Under the pieces are notes generated by a model. It worked only from the letters and a program-made list of their open reading frames with translations. It did not search any database and was not told the origin of the DNA. A stretch of DNA of 64,000 bases from Trichoplax adhaerens (taxonomy: Eukaryota; Animalia; Placozoa), in the NCBI RefSeq assembly GCF_000150275.1, contig NW_002060945.1, positions 7,243,087 through 7,307,086 of the forward strand, written 5' to 3'. The position numbers and the translations under genes were made by a program. Shown here one piece after another: positions 1 through 12,964 of this stretch. Position 1 is the stretch's first letter. Each line of letters starts with the position of its first letter.

Positions 1-1296
1 TGCAGTAGATTTAGAGACCGAGTGCCCTGATTTACTAATGATATGTAGTTAAAACGTTAGCAATGGCTGTGTCAATCACCTAACTAATGGTTAAAGCGTT
101 TTGACGTAACAATACTGTATACAATAATATGCCTTATTCTATTCTAAAAACGTAGTTTTTATGCGAATTCAGAATTCTTGGTTATAAAAATTCTTACCTT
201 GACACCTTAATGCTCTACACTAGTCATTCATTACTCATAGTAAACCCTTTAATAATACTGCTGATACATTCGTTTGTAGGTCTATGATAGCTCTCTAGGT
301 TTCGTATTTATATTATGACTCTTTCATTACTAATATTACTGTTCTTCTCATTTTTCAGAGGCCTGATACAATGGGTTACTTAATATATTAATTAAGGTGT
401 TACTTTGTGTACAACCCCTTTTTGACTCTGTTAAATTGGCAGCCTAATATAACCTACTTCTTTACCTTGCTTATTTCAGTATAATGTAATTAAGAAAAAT
501 TGCTTTAAAAAAATAAAGTTATCTTTTACCTTTTATTGATTTACGACTCACGAATTAACAGTAATAAAACAAATAGTGATTAAATGTCTTGATATCGTAT
601 TAGAAAAAATGAATACCTTGCGGCAGCTGGTATTGACTGTAGAGCAATTAGATTTAGATAATAATCGATCAGTATATCAACCAGCCAATATGGTAATGTC
701 TATTTCCAACTTTTATCGCAGAGCATTAATCAATCATCTACCAGCCAAGATCTAAGGAATAGAATAAATTATTTTCCTGTATTGTAGAATCCACAATATC
801 TTAGGCCCAATTGGACTGTATATTTTAATTCAGATATTGGGAAGCAATGGAATGGAATACGATACAAATATTCAAGTTAACCTACTACATGGAAACCTAA
901 AATGTCCGATACAAAACCGACTATAATATTCATAGTCAAACCGACAAATATACAATAAATAAATTTTAAAATCGAACTCAGTAGTTTAGTTAGCAAGGTG
1001 GCATAGAAAATCGTATTACTGTTATATTGTACATTACAATTAGATTATAAATCAAGTCAGTGTTTTATAGGAAGTGGTACAGGTGACATTAATTTGTTAA
1101 AATTCGATTTTTAGACAGCAAATTATGCAATAATATACTGTACATTAGAGACAGATAAATTTCAAATCCAGTTAAAATGATTCTCATTATAAAGTCCTAT
1201 TAGCAAATAGTTAATTTCTGTGAATATTATTTTGTATAGTAGTATTTGATCATTTCTCGCTACGATTTTCAATTGATAAGCTTCGGATATTGGTGG

Positions 1297-3176
1297 CTAA
1301 GTTGCGGCGGAAGCTGAATCCTTCTGTAACAATAATTATATCGAAAGCATGTCAGAAATCTTCAAATATCTCTAATAAAGTTCGATTTAGCTATTTATAC
1401 ATAAGCTGAAGCCTAGAGTGATAAGTATTACAATCAGCATTTCAATAAAGTAATAGATTCAATAGAGCGATATTAAAATTTTTACTCTTACCCTTATTTT
1501 CGTATGTTGCTTCTTAATAAATTCTAGTTCCTTCCTTAACATTTCCGCCATTCGCGGCATTTTATTTAAATACGTTCTCATCTACAATGCATTCATAATG
1601 AAAAGATGGCATTATAGATTGATTATAATTGTTATTTCTATATGCAGCAGTATCATCATACAAATGCGTATAATATCGATATCATATAAAATCGATAAAA
1701 AGAAATTTAAGTAGAATATCAGCATTATATTAATTCACCTAAAATTATCCTGATATGAGTAAAGTGTCGATTACAGCTTTTATGATATTTAAACATCAGC
1801 GTGAAATACTGCTATCGAAAGTTATAACAGCCTCTATCACTTCAGATCAAATATTAAGGTTAAATGTTGGAATTGTCATTAATAACTTTGAAATAGGCAC
1901 TCAATTTATTTGTTAGAAATAACTCGTCCTGTATCTAATTAAATTTCATTTTAAACGTAATATGACATAATAAATAGAAAAATTATAGTATTACTTTAAA
2001 CAGAATGATGATGAATGTACTGTAGGTGGTATTATTAAGGAAAATATTATAGGGGTTTTGAAGTAGAGCTTCACGTTGTATTTACTTAGTATAAAAATAC
2101 TATAAGTCTATTTCCGTTTTCATATTCGATTAAAGATGGCAGTCTATGGATATATCGTATACGAAAAATTGCACTGCGATGTAAATTATGTAAGAATTAG
2201 GGCAATAACAAAAATTCTACATGCATTGATGTTGGCATCAATCTATCTTTACCTCTTCCTCGTCATCGAATTCGATGCCATCGGCGACAAAGTTATTTAG
2301 ACATTTTGATTTACCTTGTATCCTAACCATACTACGATCAAGTAGGTGATTATTATGCTCTATTTCTTGTAGCATGTGAAAAAGGTTATCACAGTCGAAG
2401 GCCTGTGCTAATAACTGGCTATTGAATATTATCTTTTTAGCTTTGGATTGTTCCCAAGTCGTATCGCGCCGATACTTTCGGCTACATGATGTTTGCCTTA
2501 TTTTCGAAAAATAACTGTCTTCACCGATCATTCGATTAATAATGGATTTATCGTGCTTCTTTTTCTGACTTTCAGATTTATCATCTAGCATGTGGATAGA
2601 GTAACGTTCTTGCGCCAATCCGTTGATATTTTTATGTAGTCTACCCATTTTAGTTTCGTAATCTTTATTATTTTTAACCTTGGTGTGTTTACAATTAGTA
2701 TTTCTGCTGTCTAGACTTTCGTCACGAATTCGGGTGTGAACAGTAGAGTTATTACTAGGTCGAAAATAGATTTTATTAACTGATTTACATAGCTCTTGGA
2801 TACTGGGAACGTTCTTTTCACGAAAATTTTCCGTATTTAAATGGGCCGAAAGTCGACGTAAATGGTTATTCGATGATTTATATCCATGATATTTACCCCA
2901 TGTTATATTATTACCACTTACAGTTAAATTGCCATCTTTTCTATCGAGATTAGAAGAATATAGATCAAGATTGATGCTCTGCTCAATTTCAATTCCAACT
3001 ACAGGATAATTAGCAATCCCATTTTGAGTTATAGCATTATCGTTATTTCCAATCAGTTTAACATCATTAGTTGTAGCATCACCGTTATTTCCATTCAATT
3101 TAACACCATTATTCCTAATTTTTGGTTCTGGAAAGGTAGCTTGGATGATTTCACGGATAACGCTTTCCTCCGCCAT
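1297..3176 (-). CDS. Uncharacterised protein, about 346 aa, 3 coding exons (3176-2253, 1581-1492, 1323-1297)
   Basis: The 312-aa ORF has a GAG|GTAAAG donor just before its stop. Phase-0 splicing joins an AG/GT-flanked 90-nt exon (MRTYLNKMPRMAEMLRKELEFIKKQHTKIR) and a terminal exon KDSASAAT*. No family recognised. Confidence 0.6.
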
Positions 3177-6100
3177 TTTAAGTTATTTCTTCTCGGGAAA
3201 CATATTATCGTCCTTGTTTGGAATCGGTTGTAGTTGATTTTGCATGCAATGATTATAGAATTAGTTGATAATGACTTACTTGCCATTCAAGAGGCGAAAA
3301 AATTGATCAACTTTAATAATCGTATTTCAGTAATTTGAGAAAGTAACATAGATAATACAGACAACTTCAAACTTTCCCATGATAAGTGATAACAATTTTT
3401 GTATCTAAACTACGAGCATCTACCTTGAACCTTTACACTGGCGTCATATTAAATGACCTTGCAAATATAAAGCACACTGTTCAGATCTCAGAATTGTCCA
3501 CAAAGATGCTCTCCATATGGTTGAACAATGAAACAGTTTGTGAAACATGACATTGATTGGTATTTAAATTTAAAATGAATAATAATGGAATAAATTAATA
3601 ATCGAAATTTTAATACAGTAGACATTCATCAATACTAAGTATAAGCTATAGCAATTATAATGATTATTGTACAATATTGTAAGCAGATTACTGGTGCAAT
3701 ATTTATTATCACCTGGTAATTAATTATTTACGAACCATAAGCGCTCGTTAAAGTGATGCAAAATGAGCAACGGGAATAGTGCTAAGGAAATAAGTAATTA
3801 ATATTTAATGAGCAGACTAACTGCCCTAACATAAACGTTAGACTTCCAACGAACGACATGATATTAAACAAGATCTTTACTAGCAAACTTTATCAGTAGA
3901 ATAGACAGCTCTATCTACCGTGGTTACTATAATTTATTCAGTCTAATATATTATGACTACAGACTAGGCCTTATGATGATCGAACGTAATAATGAAATCC
4001 TAACAGTAGTAATTAGTTTGTATAATATATTAGAAGTAGAAGTATACTTGTGATTGATATACCTGTAGACATTATATTTGTTGGTTAATATTTATGGTTT
4101 TTGTATAGTTGGAAGGCAGATCAATAAGATTTTATGAATAGCGTTGGCAAATTCTACCCTATTGCATGAATTAAAGAAAGAATAAAAGATAGGTCAAGTA
4201 CTACCAATAGCTACAACACGACGCCATTACAAGTTAATTTGTGCTTAAAACAATTGAACAATCAAATAGACTCGAGGGTAAATAAAATCTAGCGCTTGGT
4301 ACGTACATCAACTAAAAAGAGTAATCGAATAAATCGTTTCGTAATAATAGGCTATCGCATTGGAGGGCGAGATCATTAAATAGTACAGTAAATAAAGATA
4401 TGTAAAAGCAACCATAGGACGTCATAAATTAGCCTTAAAGTAATCAAGTACGAGTACACTAATATTCAGTTATTGCGAGATTGTTTTGCAGCTTGTGTAA
4501 TCAAATGATGAAGTTTATGGATGGATAAATAAAATCAAATGGTTGGCAATTCAAGATAATAAAGGCTTACAAAATAATTTACATGTATCAGCAAGACAGC
4601 CTTATTTATTCATGTAATGTATCACCACAAAATACTCCTGTATACAGTTTAATCAATCAGAACTGAGGTTGCAATAAAAATCAATCGTTGTGCTGGCAAT
4701 GCAAATGCTATTTCAATAAGGGAATACTAAAATAGATCAAGTCTTGACGTTACTCATTTTATAGTTTCAGTTATCTTATGCTTTCCGCAGTTAGATGATG
4801 AAAAGGATAAGTAAACAAATAAATTCTACTAGAGATAATAATTAACTACTCGTATTGATCATATATATAATTATTATATGCTTTTTACTGTTTAATGTTT
4901 TAAAATATTGATATAATAAATTAAATTTCAAAGTTAGCTAATTAATTTATCGATTAGCATAGTTTACAACAAGGCTAAGTTTGATAGTTTTCTTTTAAAT
5001 ACGCCATTAGTCTTTTCTTCTACCTGTTGGCTAATATTTATAGGCAGCGGTGTGATCCGAATGTAATTTGTATTAAAAATTTACAAAAATAGGCGTACAC
5101 TCATAACGTTGTCTAGCTTGTAATCGTAATCCTCATGGGAATCATCATAGGAGCTTATTTCTTCGGTCAGCTACAGAGTCAAAGTGCTGCTAAAAACGGC
5201 CGAGGACATAAATTGGGAAGGTAAGGGTTTCATGGCCTTCTAATATTACTGTATGGGAAATTTTAAAGCGATGACCGAAAGATGAATACTAAACGAAATT
5301 ACGATCATCTATTGTATTCGGTAACTTACACATAGTGTAGTATACACCAGTACAGTCTATTACTATGAAAATACAGTAGTATGATACTGTACCAATCTGT
5401 AATATTGACATAAATGTACTACGGATGTAATTAATTGACAGCTTTTATTTCCTATAATTGATAGTTTTAATCTATCTTTTATATCTCGAAAGAGACTATA
5501 AAGTTTAACCATCTAACTTGCAAGCAGTTCCATCCTTCTTACTATATAAGCGATAGAAGCCATAACTTAAGTCGAAGGACCAATATTAATTAAGCAACAT
5601 TTTGTAAAATAGAACATTTCCAATACGCAAAATAACTATATCTTTAAAACTACATTTACTGTGCTGATAGTGCCTCTCGATCCGAGAAACAAATCACTTA
5701 CAAAGACATTGCCTAAAATTCTATCATTACACTGGTTAATCATCAGTAAGCATAGGCTAACGAAAAAAATACTAGTTTGCGATTGTTTATAATAAAGTGT
5801 AAAATTCTTGCAGTTAATTAATTAATTTGCAACCGTAGCAAAAATGTTCGAACTCTTATACGTAGTGGATTGCATCATTTGTTTGAGTAAATTTTCTTAC
5901 AAGGTGAAATATTATAATACTCTCATAAAATAAAGGTCAAAATTTGTAGTCGTCGTGTAGGAAATGTAATTGATGACAATTTGTAATTTTGTTTATAATA
6001 TTACTGTAATCATCAGATATATTCCAAGGTATAATAACTGCATTGCATCAAATAATAATGATAGACAGATGAATGCAATCTGTACATATATAACTGAAAA

Positions 6101-6322
6101 AATTAGTCGAAGCAGCAAGATTATCTAATTCTCTAATAGTAATGTGTGAATAATTACAGAGATGATAAGTAGATAGAAACTTAGGGTCGGTTAATTGAAC
6201 TATTAAAATCATATAATAACTTGTATTATACATTAGAGTCTATATCCAAATTATATTAGACTTTTCATAAAGGTTGCGCATGAATGTAAATCATATAAAG
6301 ACCTTAATATAAATTCTTAAAA

Positions 6323-8870
6323 CTATAGTATATCATTGATCTGCCGCTGTACACGTCTTCTAGCCTGCTCTTCTAATTTTCTTCTTCTGATCCAAACAGT
6401 TGCCCAAGATGGTAGTGCTACTATTAACATGAAAACCTATATAAAAGTAGAGTTCTAAATATTATTTTCTCAACCCATTCAATATACGCCAGTATTGATT
6501 AATATTAGTAAAGAGTTTGAATAAATTCTAACGTCAATACAGTTTATGTGAAGATAACGTTAATGAATAACAGCCAGCTATTATCAAGCAATCTATTGGA
6601 AAACATGTCATAGGAGCATAGTATCTTAGATCATACCTGAAATATCCAGTAATTGCGTTCCGCTATCCAAGGAACCATCAAACAGCTATGTAGAGTATAA
6701 TATTATCATTAGTATAGCATATTAGCAAATAATAATAATCATAATATCAGTGCTCAAGCATAATAATATCGATGTAAGAAAAATAATATAATATCATAAT
6801 TACTACAGTAAAGAAGACATTTTTAATATCGATATTATAACTCGCTAATATATATTCTATACGTTGATGTAACATTGATAGAAAATTTTATACCTTTTAT
6901 AGAACTTTTGCCTACTTTTCCGACACTTGACGAGTTGCTTATTACCGTTTTCTGCACAAGCACGGATTGCTCGACTTTTCTGCATAGGCAAAATAAAAAA
7001 TTAATTAAAAACTACTACTATAACATATTTCACTTTGCCACAGCGAATAGGAAGAGATGACATTGAAGTTATCTAAGTTAGTGCACTTTAGTAGGATAAT
7101 CATTGATGTATTATCATACGATAGCACTCCAAAAAAATTATAAAATACTTTAAATGATGGAAAGGGATAATGTTAATCAAAGTAGACAACAGAACTAAAA
7201 TTTATTACGTGTGTTTTTATCGCTTTTCTCTGAAATATTTTATTAAAATCTGGATTTCTTCATTCATAGTATACGTACATTTGTACAGCATACTTACTTT
7301 GTCAAAGGCAGAACAAGGCAGGCATTCTCCAACTTCAATGATCTCGCCACACTGATTTGTTGTCGTGTTTGATGCTGACAAAAAAGATTTAAAATGGTAT
7401 TTGTAATAAGCAGACAAAATTTTTGATGAACCATTACTAATTAATCAGCCTTATAAGCATACAATTAAATTAACCGAGTTTTTACGCTAGTTCGACCATT
7501 CTATATTCCGCTACATATCAACGATGAATGTAATATCTATACTATATTACGGTAAGCGAGTGAAGTACGAAAAATTGATTGACTTTTTTATTGAACGACT
7601 TATTTGTATCAAGTTCGATAGTTTTTGCTAATATATAATTTATAGTGCTAATAGAAATGTTGACAGTGTTCATTTTAAGCTTATAAAGTGTTGTAGTCAG
7701 TTTTGTTTATTGCTAGAGTGAACGCTTATCGTTATTCTGTACTTGTTGAGAAACAAAAACGCCACAGATACTGTAAACACATATTACGATATCGTTAGAC
7801 AGAATTGATCGCGATATTCAGTTTTATTTGAAGATGCATACTAAGAGCTACTGTTGTACAAATTCATTCGGTGTATCCAGCTATAGTATAAACAATTTAA
7901 TATACTATCAGTGTAGTACAAATATGTTACTTTCTTTTGAATAAGTTATTTTTCCTTTACCTGTACTTTTCATCACTGTGCCTTCATTCTTTCTGCTCGC
8001 ATATAAGGATTCAAGACATATTCTAAAATAGTCAATACATGGTCATTAATAAAATAAATTTCAAAGTGATTGATTGTTTTAATATAATACTCTGTGTTCA
8101 TGTCCGTATAGTAAGTCGACTTCTACCCCAATTATATAGTTCAATAATATATAAGTATCGTACATTTAATATGAACATGAATCAAGCATCATCCTATTCC
8201 ATGAACTCAGGAGAAAATGTTGTGGTAGAAAAAGCGCAATATTGTAGGCAGTTCATTTACAACAATATGATATTGACTTATGTTATATAAGCTACATAGA
8301 ATGCTATAGCAAAGGTTCCATCGTACAAGGCAGAAGACTATACTATTTTTGTATGAACTCTCGATCAGCATTCTTACGGATTATCCTGATAAACTACTGG
8401 AAGAGAGATGGTATTTGTATGTATGAATAGAGTAGAGTAGAATTTATTCACCTAGAAAGATTGCAGCTTAGAATTCTACGCAAATAACTTGCATTATCCA
8501 AAACTTCATTTTGGTTTTTAATCAGTTTTATATTACTCCTGATATCGTAATAAGATCGCAAGCAAGAATAACTATTCTTTCTGAATGAGATTGGGATGGA
8601 ATGATTGTATTTCTATTCTATCATCGCATTGGACTGCATGTCTAATGTGAGGGTATAAATAATACAGTACTGTACTCCACTCAAATGCACATTTTTCCTT
8701 GTTTAATATGTCCTATTGGAGGTTATTTTTATGGACTATACTAGCACAGTTCTATCAATCACTAAATAGACAACTATTCTCTTCATCTTAAAGTCCAACT
8801 ATACGACTTACTGAATGACGATTAATAAAATAACAATAATAATCAATTTGATTAAATGTGGTTGAGCCAT
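6323..8870 (-). CDS. JTB: JTB (jumping translocation breakpoint) family type I membrane protein, 6 exons
   Basis: Spliced product: signal peptide MAQPHLIKLIIIVILLIVIQICLESLYA; Cys domain CGEIIEVGECLPCSAFDK-KSRAIRACAENGNKQLVKCRKSRQKFYKSC; ERNYWIFQ plus TM helix; tail RRRKLEEQARRRVQRQINDIL*. This matches the JTB Cys spacing and C-terminus. All introns are GT-AG with consistent phases. Confidence 0.9.
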
Positions 8871-9099
8871 GGTTTATCTTGCTGGTATGGCCTCTGATAT
8901 AACCGATGATGGCAATAATTGAACAATTTCTAGAGATGATAAGGTGTCATTGGATGTCAGTCATGTTTCCAATTTCATTTTTCATCTTTCCTTTCCTTGG
9001 AAGGAGCAATTTGGATTGGATTTTCCAATGTAGTTCACCAGATTTGCTTCAAACTCTTAAAATGCTGCGATTTGGAAAAATCTGTTCCAGTTCAGTTAC

Positions 9100-9812
9100 T
9101 TCAGTACGGTACGGTACAGTATTCAATTGTACGGTACTGTATGTACTGCTGCACCGTGACGTCATCAATCGCCGCGTAACTACGCACTCTCTTTCCGTCA
9201 TTCCCATACAGTGTACAGTATAGTGTACAGTACTGTACACTGTACTACAGTACAGTACCGTGTCCTGTGTACTGTAAATTGATTTTTTTCCATTTTTGAT
9301 GACATTTTAATTTTTAAATATTTAAACTATCAAATGATACCAAACTGGACAGCTAAAATTTGAAAATTATAATTTCTTATGATTTCAATCGTCGCGAAAG
9401 ACTTGTGAGACACTTTGTACAGTATACATCCTGTAGTCTACAGTACAACACTGTGCTGTAGACGTGTTGTACTGTACTGTACTGTACTGTAGGTCTTGCG
9501 GCCACAGAAAGTGCAAAAATGAAAATGCAAAATCTTAGTCTAAAGGCTGTTAAAACCTGAAAAGTGTGTATTGTAGAGTAGAGTGTATTGTACTGTATTG
9601 TACGGTACTGTACCGTACTGTACTCGATATTTTAAGTTTTGACGCTATTACGTCATCAAATCAATGAGTCACAATGGCTTAATCGTTGGAGACTGACGTG
9701 TACATGAGTCATGCTACCGAGCTGTACAGTGTACAGTACAGTACAGCCGTCTATACTGTACAGTACTGTAACATACAGTGTACAGTATTATACTGTAAGT
9801 GTAGTACTGTAC
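9100..9812. promoter_or_regulatory. ACAGT/TACTG pentamer-rich region upstream of JTB with bZIP-type sites
   Basis: Dense CAGTA/TACTG runs; TGACGTCA 9157-9164, TTACGTCA 9648-9655, TGAGTCA 9665-9671 and 9705-9711. Confidence 0.55.
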
Positions 9813-9814
9813 AG

Positions 9815-10882
9815 CATATCTTCATTTGTACTTTTTTACTAACGTATCCTAGTCCCCCAAAATAACATAAGTATAATACGTGATAGGTCACTACATATAC
9901 AGTATACTGTATATCTTCATTTGTACTTATTTACTACTTTTTTACTTAATACGTGTATAGATCACTACATATATATATCTTCATTTGTACTTTTTTACTA
10001 ACGTATCCTAGTCCCCCAAAATAACATAAGTATAATACGTGATAGGTCACTACATATACAGTATACTGTATATCTTCATTTGTACTTATTTACTACTTTT
10101 TACTTAATACGTGTATAGATCACTACATATATATATCTTCATTTGTACTTTTTTACTAACGTATCCTAGTCCCCCAAAATAACATAAGTATAATACGTGA
10201 TAGGTCACTACATATACAGTATACTGTATATCTTCATTTGTACTTATTTACTACTTTTTACTTAATACGTGTATAGATCACTACATATATATATCTTCAT
10301 TTGTACTTTTTTACTAACGTATCCTAGTCCCCCAAAATAACATAAGTATAATACGTGATAGGTCACTACATACTGTACAGTATACAGTATACTGTATATC
10401 TTCATTTGTACTTATTTACTACTTTTTTACTTAATACGTGTATAGGTCACTACATATACAGTATACATCTTCATTTGTTCTTTTTTACTAACGTATCCTA
10501 GTCCCCCCAAAATAACATATCTACTACTGTAGCCGTCTATATAGTGATAGGTCACTACATATATATATCTTCATTTGTACTTTTTTACTACTTTTTTACT
10601 TAATACGTGTATAGGTCACTACATATATATATATATCTTCATTTGTACTTTTTTACTATAGTATCCCGGTCCCCAAAAATAACATATCTACTACTGTAAT
10701 CGTCTATACTGTACAGTATTATAAGTGTATAGGTCACTACATATACATATCTTCATTTGTACTCTTTTACTAACGTATCCCAGTCCCCCCCCCCCAAAAA
10801 AAATAACATAGCTACTACTGTAGCCGTCTATACTGTACAGTATTATAAGTGTATAGGTCACTACATACTGTATATATTTCAT
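9815..10882. repeat. Minisatellite with ~158-bp higher-order unit (alternating ~95-bp and ~64-bp subunits)
   Basis: ATCTTCATTTGTACTT recurs about 12 times (~9818, 9913, 9977, 10072, 10135, 10230, 10293, 10398, 10467, 10567, 10635, 10748), with two alternating intervening sequences. Confidence 0.95.
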
Positions 10883-11770
10883 GAATCAGTTAATTAATTA
10901 ATTAATATAGATATAATATTAGCGTATAAAGGCGATTACTTATTTTTGACCAATAATAAAAATATTGCAGTTCAATTATAGGATAGGGAGTTTCGGTATG
11001 CACCATGCAGACATACTGATACTAATGCGAAAATCTTCATATTTTTGTTACAATCGAATCATAATGGATATCAATTCATAAAAAGACAAAGTATTAAAAG
11101 GATTATATATTAAAAATGTTAAAAGTGAAACAATTCTGGATAGGATTTAGACATTTTTGTTTGCTATTACGCGTATGCGATAGGACACCTCATAACTTGT
11201 TTCATTTCTAGCTCATTCTTCGGTAACTATGAGTAGATTTTAACTAAAATGAGAGCATTTCCACTGCTAATGAAAAGGTTTGCCTTGATCGTTTTTCTTT
11301 ACCCAATTTCGGACTTAGATTTGTACCAACCATTGGTAATAACGTTTAGAAGGAGAATCGATATCGATTTGGGGTAGTTACAGTTGTCCACATGTTCTAA
11401 GAGCAGATAATCATACTCGTATCCTTCATAATTGCATCATAATACCATGCATAGATTGTACTTGAACACATCTTTATTAATTCTTACTTTTATCATGATT
11501 TATATCATTTCTGCACCTATATCAGTACTTTAGACACATTTGATCCGTGAGTTCATTAAAATCCGACTCTTTCATCCCTTGCCAGGATACTGTAATAGTC
11601 AAAAGATAACTGTAATAATATAGAATATTTGATAGCTTTCAAATTTAAAGAATAAATTTATACAAATAACTTATCATAGGATACCTTTCGAGACTGATTG
11701 CAATTTTTGTCTAAAATTATTGATTTGATACGATGGTATTGAGTAATTACAAAGCTCGCATTTGTAATAA

Positions 11771-12964
11771 TTATGATTCGTTACTTAATTTAACAGCATT
11801 TAAAGCCAGTTTATGTAAGGCCGTTTGCATTGAACGAGATACAACACCATGCTCTGCCAGCGTAGCATTAATTTCCGATACAGTAAATCGATTCCTTCGG
11901 CGTGATCTTAAGTGTAAATGAAATCGTGGATTATGTCTTGGCTTTATATTGATCACTCTAGCCAAAACTCCGATATAAACGTCGTCAATCCCTGGTAATT
12001 GAGGTGTACATTTCATAGCCTCGACCATGGCTGTCAAGACCATTTCCGACATAACATAGGCGAAGCCTGAACAGTAAGGCGGAAATAGCTTACCTGGAAA
12101 ATCACGAAATGATACATAATATTTGTCATCAGGATCTCGAATTGGAATTCTGTTCTTACGACTAACATATCCCAGCCATAATCGATCATTATATGGCAAT
12201 ACTTTTTTATAACGTCTTCTTAAGTATTGCAACATTTGCCATTTATTAATCCAGACATCATCGTCGACTTTTAAATAATACTTGGGTTTACAGTATCTTT
12301 CAGCCCAAAACATCCCTAGTGCAGTCTTTTTGGTCAAGTTACGATGATCATCTATTATTTTGGCCAAGATAATATCTCGATGGATTTTGTACTCTTGTTC
12401 AATCGCTTGAGTTGGTGGCTCATTGTCATCGTTCATACCAAGTATAAACACAATCTTCCACAATCTGTTTGAGGTACAGTTAATTTCACTATCTTGATTA
12501 CCCCAAGTTTTTCGAATGGCTTCACGTCGAATAGTATTATTAACATGACTGTTAATAACTATTAAAACAAAGACTTTTCCTCTACAAGGTTCAATACTAA
12601 ATTGAGTATGAAATAATAATTGTTGTTGTAAATCAAGGGGTTGTTTCATGAATCGGACATTTTTCTTTATAATCCCATCTGCGATAGACATACGATATCC
12701 GTTGTTAATAGTAATCTGTGCAATATGTCTTCGACATGACTTTATACTCTTAGAAGTTCCATTTTGATATAATAAATGCCTATCTTTGTAGTACATAAAA
12801 TTTGGCTTGTCGTGCAATAATTTAACGTTACCGGGAAGTGTATAATCTTGAAAAGCAATTAGGGAACATGATAGAACTATAACCGTTAGTATAAGAACAT
12901 GGATATACCTTAGAAGATTTAAACTACAAAATGTGATCAGTAAGAATTTTAAGAGCTTCTTCAT
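11771..12964 (-). CDS. Beta-1,3-galactosyltransferase/GlcNAc-transferase (GT31, Galactosyl_T family), single coding exon
   Basis: N-terminal TM anchor; RREAIRKTWG, NLTKKT, KVDDDVW (DxD), FPPYCSGFAYVMS and DDVYIG motifs. Confidence 0.93.
   Translation of the reverse strand: MKKLLKFLLITFCSLNLLRYIHVLILTVIVLSCSLIAFQDYTLPGNVKLLHDKPNFMYYKDRHLLYQNGTSKSIKSCRRHIAQITINNGYRMSIADGIIKKNVRFMKQPLDLQQQLLFHTQFSIEPCRGKVFVLIVINSHVNNTIRREAIRKTWGNQDSEINCTSNRLWKIVFILGMNDDNEPPTQAIEQEYKIHRDIILAKIIDDHRNLTKKTALGMFWAERYCKPKYYLKVDDDVWINKWQMLQYLRRRYKKVLPYNDRLWLGYVSRKNRIPIRDPDDKYYVSFRDFPGKLFPPYCSGFAYVMSEMVLTAMVEAMKCTPQLPGIDDVYIGVLARVINIKPRHNPRFHLHLRSRRRNRFTVSEINATLAEHGVVSRSMQTALHKLALNAVKLSNES

Noticed and set aside
9815-10882. 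CRISPR-like repeat-spacer array
   Set aside because: The 'spacers' are two alternating near-identical sequences, the context is eukaryotic and there are no cas genes; it is a minisatellite.
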